Virus record (IMG/VR): IMGVR_UViG_3300029818_000005
Coordinates: 1 to 39,057 of that record
Length of the DNA: 39,057 bases
From: a virus
Reading direction: 5' to 3' (one strand)
Position 1 is the stretch's first letter; each line of letters starts with the position of its first letter. The notes under the pieces were generated by a model, which saw nothing but the letters and a program-made list of their open reading frames with translations, ran no database searches and was not told the origin of the DNA. Below, one piece after another: positions 1 to 7,323 of this stretch. The position numbers and the translations under genes are program-made.

Positions 1-98
1 CGAGTTTGGCAACGGGCAAGCCCCGCCGGTCACGTCAGCAAAATCCGAACTGATCAGCCTCTCGCTCGACAGCACCGCGCGGTTCTACTACGCGCTCA
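1..98. repeat. Terminal overlap, identical to 38960..39057
   Basis: Read directly: cgagtttggcaacgggcaagccccgccgg...ggttctactacgcgctca occurs at both ends. Confidence 0.95.
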
Positions 99-415
99 TC
101 TCCGGCGACATCCCCGGCGTTACGCCGTGTCCCGCGCTCAGCAGCAGCGTTTACGAACTGTACCGACTGTGGTGCAACCACACCGGCAACCGCGCTGCGC
201 CGCAACAGCGGCTCATCAACGCCTGGCAGCGGCATCACCGCGTCGTCAACGCCCGCAAGCGCTACCAGGCCGGCTCGCGCATCTTGGGGCCACATGGCGT
301 GCTGTACCTGGGCGCGAACGAACCGCCGCCCGACACCACCGAGACCGCCTGGCTGGGCGAACAGATTAGCGCCTTCCAAGCAGCCGTGCAGGACTACCGC
401 GAGGCCAATAAATGA
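2..415 (+). CDS. C-terminal continuation of the primase/helicase gene (wraps from 36996..39057)
   Basis: nt 2 corresponds to nt 38961, which is in frame with 36996. The frame stays open to TGA 413-415. It contains no ATG, so it is absent from the ORF track. The tail reads ...GEQISAFQAAVQDYREANK. Confidence 0.8.
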   Translation, partial: EFGNGQAPPVTSAKSELISLSLDSTARFYYALISGDIPGVTPCPALSSSVYELYRLWCNHTGNRAAPQQRLINAWQRHHRVVNARKRYQAGSRILGPHGVLYLGANEPPPDTTETAWLGEQISAFQAAVQDYREANK

Positions 416-432
416 TCGCTGCACCAACATCT

Positions 433-475
433 GTGCGTCAGTGCGGGCTGCGGTGCGGGCTGCCTGTGCGGGCTC
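433..475 (+). repeat. Iteron-like direct repeats GTGCGGGCT (3 good copies at 441, 453, 466; degenerate copy at 433)
   Basis: gtgcgtca gtgcgggctg cg gtgcgggctg cct gtgcgggctc, with a 12-13 bp period, immediately downstream of the primase stop. Confidence 0.7.
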
Positions 476-590
476 AAATGGCGCTGTTGCGCGCTCTCAC
501 GGGTTTGCGGCCTACCGCGCACACATGCGCGCGTAGCGTCCGTGAATCCGATACTACAAAACGCGCCCGCCCCGCCTGCAATCCTTGCGC

Positions 591-665
591 AGCCCGCACT
601 GCCCGCACAGCCCATATGCAGCGCGGTTCCGTGCCCGCAATCGCTGCCCGCACACCTACCCGCAC
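591..665 (-). repeat. Inverted-orientation copies of the same iteron, (A/T)GCCCGCAC, at 591, 600, 632, 645, 657
   Basis: agcccgcac tgcccgcac ... tgcccgcaa ... tgcccgcac ... tacccgcac. These are the reverse complement of GTGCGGGC(T/A). Confidence 0.7.
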
Positions 666-766
666 CGCTGCACATTCGCGTGTGCGTCTTACTCACCTTC
701 GCGTTTCGCGAAAAAAGGGGTGGTTGTGATGCACCCCACGGGTTCCACCTGGCTGAAGGAGGTTGT

Positions 767-1429
767 ATGAGCAACACACAGGCCACGCTTGCCGCAATGC
801 GCAGCCCGGCGTTTCAGCGCTGGGCCGGCAGCAGACTGTCCGCCGACGGCGAGACTAACGCGGTACTGCGGTGCTTGCCTCGCCCTGCGGCACGGGTGTA
901 CGCTGGCCCCGCTGCCCTCAATCGGGCAGCCGGGATTGGCGTCCCGAGCACGTTGGCGCGCAAGCGCCCATCGTCCGATGCCGGCGCTTTTTTCACGCCC
1001 GGTGCATCGGCACTGGGCCCTGCGTTGCGTCACTCGCCGGTCTATGGCGGGCGGCGCGGGGGAGCCGCAAGGCTCGCCGGTGCCAACTGCCGGTACGCCA
1101 ACCCCGCGTCGTCCGTCTCCGCGATTGGCGTCGCGGTGGCGGACTCCACAGACCAGTTGGAGACCATCGCCATGAGCACCCGCACCCTTGCCGCCAACGC
1201 GCGGCCCAGCAACGTCATTGCCTTCCCATCCCAGCGCTCCCGCCGCGTGCTGCCGGCCGCGGCCGAGCGCGACCCGTTAGATCACGGCCTCGCACTGGCC
1301 GAACGCGATTTCCGCGATTGCCTGCTGCGCGACGGGATCAGCCCCGCCGAGGTGGACGACATGGTGGGCTTTCTGCTCGCCCGCTGCGCCGAAATCATTG
1401 CCGAAGAAACCCGTGGAGGTGCCCTGTGA
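767..1429 (+). CDS. Hypothetical protein: low-complexity N-terminal half, helical C-terminal roughly 85 aa
   Basis: GAAGGAGG lies 4 nt upstream of ATG 767. The third codon position is GC-rich throughout. ATG 1172 (MSTRTLAANARP...) is an alternative start. The stop overlaps the next start (GTGA). Confidence 0.45.
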   Translation: MSNTQATLAAMRSPAFQRWAGSRLSADGETNAVLRCLPRPAARVYAGPAALNRAAGIGVPSTLARKRPSSDAGAFFTPGASALGPALRHSPVYGGRRGGAARLAGANCRYANPASSVSAIGVAVADSTDQLETIAMSTRTLAANARPSNVIAFPSQRSRRVLPAAAERDPLDHGLALAERDFRDCLLRDGISPAEVDDMVGFLLARCAEIIAEETRGGAL

Positions 1430-2355
1430 ATGCCCTGATCATCGCCAATACCCAGATTCGCCGCGATCCGACCGGGCGCTACTGCCTCAATGACTTGCAC
1501 CAAGCCAGTGGCGGTGCCAAGCGGCACCAGCCGGCGAACTGGTTGCGACTCGATCAGACCGCCGAACTGATCGCGGAGATCGAAAACACCGAGAAAAGTG
1601 CGGGGGGCCTCCTCACATCTGAGGAGGCCCCCCTGTCCACGGTGAACGACGGATTCGGAAACGGCACCTACGCCGTCAAAGAACTGGTCTACGCCTACGC
1701 CATGTGGATCAGCGCCAAGTTCCACCTGCACGTCATCCGCGCCTACGATGCCCTGGTCACCGGCGCCGCCTCCACGCCGCAACCCATCCCCGCGCCGCCG
1801 AACCACCGCGCCGATGTGCTGGTTAGCGCCGGGCGCATCTTCGCCGCCGCCTTGCGCACCGCGCAGAAAACCCGCATGGCCCCGGCCCGCGCCATGCGCG
1901 CTGCCTTTGCCTGCGCGCAGCGCCACACCGGCGTGGACTGGACCGATGAGCTGGGCGTCGAGGTTGCGGCCGACCCGGCTGGCGCGGACGTAGCGCTGGC
2001 CTACGATGACTCCATCGCCTGGTTCTACACCGCGCTCACCGCCGGCGACATCCCCGGCGTCAGCGCGCGCCCGGCGCTAAGCACCAGCGTCTACGACCTC
2101 TATCAGCGCTGGTGCAGCGCCAACGGCAACCGCATCGCCGCGCAGCAGCACTTCATCAACGCCCTGCAGCGCCGCTACGGCGTGGCCAGTGCCCGCAAGC
2201 GCTACCAGGCCGGCTCGCAAGTGCTCGGGCCACATGGCGTGCTGTACCTGGGCGACATCATCCCGCCCGTCGATCGCACCGAAACCGACTGGCTGGGTGA
2301 GCAGATCAGCGTGTTTCATGCGGCCGTGCAAACCTACCGCGAGGCCAACGGATGA
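1426..2355 (+). CDS. KilA-N domain protein (possible antirepressor) with a C-terminal domain paralogous to the primase tail
   Basis: GTG 1426 with GGAGG 6 nt upstream. The N-terminus IRRDPTGRYCLNDLHQASG...YAMWISAKFHLHVIRAYDAL is KilA-N-like. The last roughly 110 aa align colinearly with the protein encoded at 81..415. Confidence 0.75.
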   Translation: MNALIIANTQIRRDPTGRYCLNDLHQASGGAKRHQPANWLRLDQTAELIAEIENTEKSAGGLLTSEEAPLSTVNDGFGNGTYAVKELVYAYAMWISAKFHLHVIRAYDALVTGAASTPQPIPAPPNHRADVLVSAGRIFAAALRTAQKTRMAPARAMRAAFACAQRHTGVDWTDELGVEVAADPAGADVALAYDDSIAWFYTALTAGDIPGVSARPALSTSVYDLYQRWCSANGNRIAAQQHFINALQRRYGVASARKRYQAGSQVLGPHGVLYLGDIIPPVDRTETDWLGEQISVFHAAVQTYREANG

Positions 2356-2936
2356 CCGACGGGTTACCGCAAACCTGCACGCAAGCCGAGTTCGCCCGCC
2401 TGCTCGGCTACCGGCGCAGCTACGTCACCGCGCTCAAGCGCGATGGCCGGCTGGTGCTGGCAGATGATGGGGCAGTGCAGGTGGCCGAGTCGATCGCGCG
2501 CATCGAAGCCACTCGCGACCCCGGCAAGCGCGCCGTCGCAGAACGCCACGCCGCGGCACGCGAGGCGGCACCGTTGCCGGCAGAGGTAGCGCAGGCCGCC
2601 CCGGAGCCGCCGGCCGCCGCGCCTGTCATGGATGACCCGGCCAGCCCCGGCTACCAACACTGGCGCGAGCGCCGCGAACGCGCCGCAGCGCTCGCCGCCG
2701 AGCGGGACAACGCCCTGGCCGATGGCAAGTTGCTGGCTGCCGATGATGTGGCGGCGCAGGTGGCCACCGCGTTTGTCACCGCACGCGGCGCGCTGGAAGC
2801 GCTGCCAGATATCCTCGCCCCGCAACTAGCGGCTGAAAGCGACGAAGCGCGGTGCCGGGCGCTGTTGGTGGAGGCGATCGAGCTACAGCTTGGCGATCTC
2901 AGTCGCCGCCTGGCGGCGTTGGAAGGTCAGCCGTGA
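2352..2936 (+). CDS. terS: Terminase small subunit (N-terminal HTH, Nu1-like arrangement)
   Basis: ATGA overlap with the upstream gene. The HTH reads TQAEFARLLGYRRSYVTALKRDGRL. The gene lies directly upstream of, and is coupled (GTGA) to, the large subunit. Confidence 0.7.
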   Translation: MTDGLPQTCTQAEFARLLGYRRSYVTALKRDGRLVLADDGAVQVAESIARIEATRDPGKRAVAERHAAAREAAPLPAEVAQAAPEPPAAAPVMDDPASPGYQHWRERRERAAALAAERDNALADGKLLAADDVAAQVATAFVTARGALEALPDILAPQLAAESDEARCRALLVEAIELQLGDLSRRLAALEGQP

Positions 2937-4870
2937 ACCACGGCCGCCGCACCGCCGGCGCTGCCACCGTGTTGCGCGCCGCCGCGCGAGCTGTCGCTCC
3001 GCGCCGTCCAATCACTGTCAGCCAGTGGGCCGATGCCGAGCGCGTGCTCAGCACCAAGGGCAGCGCCGAACCCGGGCGCTGGCGCACCAGCCGCAACCCG
3101 GTGCTGCGCGAGCCGATGGATTGCCTGTCGGCGCGCAGCTCAGTGCGCGATGTGCTCTGCATGTTCCCGATCCAGATCGGCAAGACCGAGATTGCGCTCA
3201 ACGCCATCGGCTACACCATGGATCAATCGCCCGGGCCCATCATGGTGTGCCTGCCAAGCGAAGCGTCGATGAACAAATGGCTGGCGCAAAAGCTGGGGCC
3301 GCTGATCGAAGAAACGCCCGCCGTGCAGCGTGCGCTGCTCAGCACTGCCAGCCGCGACGGCGCCAACCGGCGCGAGTTCAAGGATTTTCGCGGCGGCCAA
3401 TTGTTCGTTGAGCACGCCGGCAGCTCGGCGCGGCTCAAGTCCGCCAGCGTGCGCGTGCTGGTGGTCGATGAGTACGACGAGTTCGCCGCCAATGTGGGCA
3501 CCGGCGACGACCCCGTCGCGTTGCTCGAAGGGCGCACCTCGGCGTTCCCGGCCACCTACAAGCGGTTGTACATCAGCAGCCCGCAGATCCGTGGCCTCAG
3601 TCGCACCGAAGCACTGTGGGAGAAGAGCGACCAACGGCGGTATCACGTCGCCTGCCCGCATTGCGGGCATGAACAAGCGCTCGAATGGAGTGGCCTGATC
3701 TGGAACACCGATCTCAGTCAGTGCAGCTACGCATGCCGAGACTGTGGCGCGCTCATCGATGAGCACCACAAGCCGGCAATGATCGCCGCCGGGCGCTGGG
3801 TAGCCGGCAACCCCGAATCGCGGATTCGCGGATATCACCTCAACGGGCTGTACTACCCGATCGGGCTTGGCCCGCGCTGGCACGATCTGGCGCGCATGTG
3901 GCTCGATGCGCAGAACGACCCGGCCAAGCTCAAGACGTTCATCAACGACCGGTTGGCCGAGCCGTGGGAAGACCCAGCCATGCGCGCGGTCAAGCACAAC
4001 CTGATCGCCGACCGCGCCGAACCGCTGCCGATGCGCCCGGTACCGGCATGGGTGCTGGCGGTCACCGCCGGCATCGATACCCAGGACAACCGACTCGCCG
4101 TGCAGATCGTCGGCTGGGGTAGGGGGCTCGCGAGCTGGACCATCGACTACGTGGAGTTGCCAGGCGACCCGGCCGAAGATGCCGTGTGGGCCGGTTTGAC
4201 AGACCTGTTGCTGCGCCCGATCGAGCGGTGCGATGGTGGCGTGATGCAGGTCGAGGCTGCGGCAATCGACATCGGCGGCCATCGCACCGAGGCGGTCAAG
4301 GCCTACGTTCGCCAGCGCCTGGTGCGGCGGATGCTGGCGATCCACGGCGCCGTGCCGAACAACGCACCGGTACTGGGCAAGGGCAAGCTGCAGGACATCA
4401 ACTGGCGCGGAAAGTACGACAAGCATGGTGTACACATCCACGCAGTCGGCACCGTCGCAATCAAGCACCTGCTCTACAGCCGCTTGAGCACCGATGCCGA
4501 CAAACAGCCAGACGCCCGTCTCGTGCGTTTCAGCAACGATCTGGATGCAGCCTATTTCGGCGGGATTACCGCCGAGGCATACAACCCGGCGAAGAATCGA
4601 TTCGAGAAACGCCGTGGCGCGCCGCGTAACGAGCCGCTCGACACGTGGGTCTATTCGTACGCCGCCACCCATCACCCGGAACTGCGGCTGCACCGCGCCA
4701 CCCGTCTGGACTGGGATGCACGCGAAGCGCGCGCGGCATCGAGCGTGGCGGCCAGGCGCCCGGCGGCGAACCCGCCGACCACGTCGGCGTCCGCGCCAAA
4801 GCCAAAGACACGCACAACAACGCCGCGCAACCAATGGGGCGGACACAACAACCAAAGAGGATGGGGCTGA
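2933..4870 (+). CDS. terL: Terminase large subunit, lambda GpA family
   Basis: 645 aa from GTG 2933. Walker-type motifs MFPIQIGKTE and VLVVDEYDEF. Zinc-ribbon CPHCGHEQ...CRDCG. Overall GpA-like layout. Confidence 0.9.
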   Translation: MNHGRRTAGAATVLRAAARAVAPRRPITVSQWADAERVLSTKGSAEPGRWRTSRNPVLREPMDCLSARSSVRDVLCMFPIQIGKTEIALNAIGYTMDQSPGPIMVCLPSEASMNKWLAQKLGPLIEETPAVQRALLSTASRDGANRREFKDFRGGQLFVEHAGSSARLKSASVRVLVVDEYDEFAANVGTGDDPVALLEGRTSAFPATYKRLYISSPQIRGLSRTEALWEKSDQRRYHVACPHCGHEQALEWSGLIWNTDLSQCSYACRDCGALIDEHHKPAMIAAGRWVAGNPESRIRGYHLNGLYYPIGLGPRWHDLARMWLDAQNDPAKLKTFINDRLAEPWEDPAMRAVKHNLIADRAEPLPMRPVPAWVLAVTAGIDTQDNRLAVQIVGWGRGLASWTIDYVELPGDPAEDAVWAGLTDLLLRPIERCDGGVMQVEAAAIDIGGHRTEAVKAYVRQRLVRRMLAIHGAVPNNAPVLGKGKLQDINWRGKYDKHGVHIHAVGTVAIKHLLYSRLSTDADKQPDARLVRFSNDLDAAYFGGITAEAYNPAKNRFEKRRGAPRNEPLDTWVYSYAATHHPELRLHRATRLDWDAREARAASSVAARRPAANPPTTSASAPKPKTRTTTPRNQWGGHNNQRGWG

Positions 4871-4872
4871 TC

Positions 4873-5181
4873 ATGGCTGAAGATGTCAAAGCAAACGACC
4901 TGGTTGATGGCCTGCGCAATGCGTTCCTCGCATCAATCCGCGACACGCTACGCGAACTGCCGGCGCATCAGGCGCTGCAACTGGCCGATGGGCTGTGTAC
5001 GGTATGGCTGGAGCGGCTTGCCGGCTTGCGGGTGACTGTCAGTGCCAAGCCGGCTGTCGATAGCGAGGCGATCACCGAGGATTGGCGGCGCGGGCTCACC
5101 CTGCGCGAGGTGATGGCGAAGCATCGTTGCAGCAAGGCGACTGCGTACCGGCACCATCCATGCAAGAGCGGCATGAAATGA
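4873..5181 (+). CDS. Small protein with a Mor/C-type C-terminal HTH (possible late-gene activator)
   Basis: AGLRVTVSAKPAVDSEAITEDWRRGLTLREVMAKHRCSKATAYRH resembles the Mor-family GG-IYIP...ELA..Y.vS...iYrI pattern. ATG 4861 is an alternative start. Confidence 0.5.
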   Translation: MAEDVKANDLVDGLRNAFLASIRDTLRELPAHQALQLADGLCTVWLERLAGLRVTVSAKPAVDSEAITEDWRRGLTLREVMAKHRCSKATAYRHHPCKSGMK

Positions 5182-5507
5182 AAAATGCACAGATCGGGCA
5201 GGCTGTCCGCGAGTTCCACGCTACCGTGCGTGAGGTGGAAGAAGTTATGGATGCGTTAAACGACGTGCTTGGAACACACCCAGAAAGCAAGCTGTCCGCT
5301 GCCGTGTGGGCCGTGGTTGGGCGATACAAAAGCGCGCTCGATGATGCCTACGGTATCGGCGGTTGGCTCGAATGGTGGTGGCTCGAGTGTCGCCTCGGTA
5401 GCAACCCGTTGCGGGCCAGATTGCAGGGCGAAGAGATGCGGATAGTCGCAAACGTCGATGAGCTGGTTACCCTCGTCGTCAGCGACGCGGAACAAGCGCA
5501 AAGATAG
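5178..5507 (+). CDS. Hypothetical protein
   Basis: ATG 5178 overlaps the upstream stop (ATGAAATGA context). Codon bias is consistent with coding. No family recognised. Confidence 0.55.
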   Translation: MKNAQIGQAVREFHATVREVEEVMDALNDVLGTHPESKLSAAVWAVVGRYKSALDDAYGIGGWLEWWWLECRLGSNPLRARLQGEEMRIVANVDELVTLVVSDAEQAQR

Positions 5508-5516
5508 CGCCCTCTG

Positions 5517-5568
5517 AAAAAGTCTCACGTTCGCCATGACATGAGACACGCGCGAGTGAAAGATACTC
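5517..5568 (+). promoter_or_regulatory. Conserved dyad element, copy 1 (A5-GTCTCACGT-N8-ACATGAGAC plus conserved flank)
   Basis: 29 of 32 nt are identical to 19012..19043. The 9-bp inverted repeat has a conserved spacer YCGCCATG. It sits in the gap before the head operon. Confidence 0.6.
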
Positions 5569-5572
5569 GCCA

Positions 5573-5788
5573 ATGAGCACCCAAGAACGTCTTGACGCCT
5601 ATCTCGCTGCCGAGGCTGCCATTCTCAAAGGGCAGGAGTACCGATTCGGCGAACGCGCCCTGACCCGTGCTGACCTTGCTGAGGTCCGCATGGGCATCGG
5701 CAGTCTCAAGGCAGAGCTGCGGCGCGAGCAGGGCCGTCACAACAGTCTGTCTGCGGCGAGCGCAGCGTTCCCGGGTGGGCGCTGGTGA
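5573..5788 (+). CDS. Head-tail joining protein, lambda gpW-like
   Basis: 71 aa, MSTQERLDAYLAAEAAILKGQEYRFGERALTRADLAEV. Size, position (between terL and portal) and pattern match gpW. Confidence 0.7.
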   Translation: MSTQERLDAYLAAEAAILKGQEYRFGERALTRADLAEVRMGIGSLKAELRREQGRHNSLSAASAAFPGGRW

Positions 5789-7323
5789 ACCTGATCGACC
5801 GCGCCATCGCCGCAGTGTCGCCATACCGTGCGCTCAAGCGCGCTCAGGCGCGGATCGCTCTGCGGACCGTGGCGCGTTATGACGCCGGCAAGACCACCAA
5901 GACCTACCGGCCATCGCGCGACGCCACCACCGGCGAGGTGCAGGTCAAGCGCGACGCGGCGACAGTGCGCGCCCAGGCACGCGACCTGGAGAGGAACCAC
6001 GATCTGTTTCGCGGTGCTTTGCGCACCCTGACCCGCAACGTCGTCGGCCCCACCGGTATCAGCATTGAACCCACGCCGCGCACCACAAACGACGACATTG
6101 ATGACGACTTAGCGCGTAGCCTGCTCAATCTCTGGCGCGAGTTCACGGCCCGCCCCGAAGTCACCCGCACGATGGACTGGGTGCAGGTGCAGGAGATGGC
6201 GTGTCGTAGTTGGCTGCGCGACGGCGAAGTGTTCGCACAGATCGTCGAGGGCCTTGGCGCACCCATTCGCTATGCCACCCGCGTCCCGCTGGCGTTGGAG
6301 CTGCTCGAAGCGGACTACGTCCCGCTCGACTACGATCCGGACGAGCGCACCCAGGCAGGCATCCGCACCGACGATTGGGGGCGGCCCATCGTCTACTACG
6401 CGCACAAGCGACACCCCGGCGGAAATGCCGCCCTGAGCGATGCATCGCTCAAGGCAGTGCCGGCCGAGCGCATGTTGCACATTGCAGTGCGCGAGCGTCT
6501 GTCCGGCCTGCGCGGCATCAGCCAGTTCGCCAGTGTGATCACACGGATCTACGACATCAAGGATTATGAAGAGTCGGAGCGGTTGGCGGCACGGATCGCC
6601 GCTGCCATCGCCGCGTTCGTGCAGCGCGACAAGGAAATGGAATGGACGCCGCCCGAAGACGTCGACCCGGCCGCAGCCCGCGATTTCAGCCTCGCCGCCG
6701 GTGCAATCTTCGACCGTTTGCTGCCTGGCGAAGAGATCAAGATGCTCAACCCCAACCGCCCGAACACCGCACTGGGCGAGTTCCGTGCGGCGATGCTACG
6801 CGCCGCCGCGCGTGGCGGCGGCCTCACCTATTCGGCGTTCTCCGGCGACTACAACGGCACCTATTCGGCGCAACGCCAGGAACTCGTTGAGGGATTCGAC
6901 GGATACCGCGCGCTGACCAGCGTCTTCGTCGCGCAGTTCGTGCGGCCGGTATGGGAGCGCTTCGTCGCGCTGGCAGTCAATGCCGGTCTGGTCAAAGTGC
7001 CGCCCGGCGTGCGCATTGAGACGCTCGCGCAGGCCGAGTTTCGCGGCCCGAAGATGCCGTGGATCGACCCGAAGAAAGAGGCGGAAGGACTGTTGGTGCT
7101 CACTCGCGGTGGGTTTGGCTCGCTCACCCAGTGTATCGCCGAACGCGGGGGGCGGATGCAGGACGTGTTCGAACAGATTGCGCGCGAGCGGCGGCTTGCC
7201 GACGAATTGGGATTGGTGCTCGAAAGCGATGCCGCCAGCCCGCCACCGGCGCGTCCGCGCAAACCAAAGCAGACCAAAGCGGCGGTGCGGACAGCGTCGT
7301 CAACAACGGAGTCATCGACATGA
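5785..7323 (+). CDS. Portal protein, lambda family
   Basis: 512 aa. GTGA overlap with the gpW-like gene. The position and motifs (RDLERNHDL, WGRPIVYY, PWIDPKKEAEG) are typical of the family. Confidence 0.9.
   Translation: MNLIDRAIAAVSPYRALKRAQARIALRTVARYDAGKTTKTYRPSRDATTGEVQVKRDAATVRAQARDLERNHDLFRGALRTLTRNVVGPTGISIEPTPRTTNDDIDDDLARSLLNLWREFTARPEVTRTMDWVQVQEMACRSWLRDGEVFAQIVEGLGAPIRYATRVPLALELLEADYVPLDYDPDERTQAGIRTDDWGRPIVYYAHKRHPGGNAALSDASLKAVPAERMLHIAVRERLSGLRGISQFASVITRIYDIKDYEESERLAARIAAAIAAFVQRDKEMEWTPPEDVDPAAARDFSLAAGAIFDRLLPGEEIKMLNPNRPNTALGEFRAAMLRAAARGGGLTYSAFSGDYNGTYSAQRQELVEGFDGYRALTSVFVAQFVRPVWERFVALAVNAGLVKVPPGVRIETLAQAEFRGPKMPWIDPKKEAEGLLVLTRGGFGSLTQCIAERGGRMQDVFEQIARERRLADELGLVLESDAASPPPARPRKPKQTKAAVRTASSTTESST

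Noticed and set aside
433-665. CRISPR-like array.
   Set aside because: The repeats are only 9-10 bp with 2-4 bp gaps and occur in two opposed clusters. There are no spacers of CRISPR size and no cas genes. They are interpreted as iterons.
698-716. Hairpin ttcgcg-ttt-cgcgaa followed by A6, considered as a terminator.
   Set aside because: On the plus strand no T-run follows the hairpin. On the minus strand the T-run precedes it. Neither orientation gives intrinsic-terminator geometry.
542-766. N-terminal extension of ORF 542..1429 across the iteron region.
   Set aside because: It overlaps the repeat arrays and has no RBS. A strong GAAGGAGG precedes the internal ATG 767, so the upstream part is treated as non-coding.
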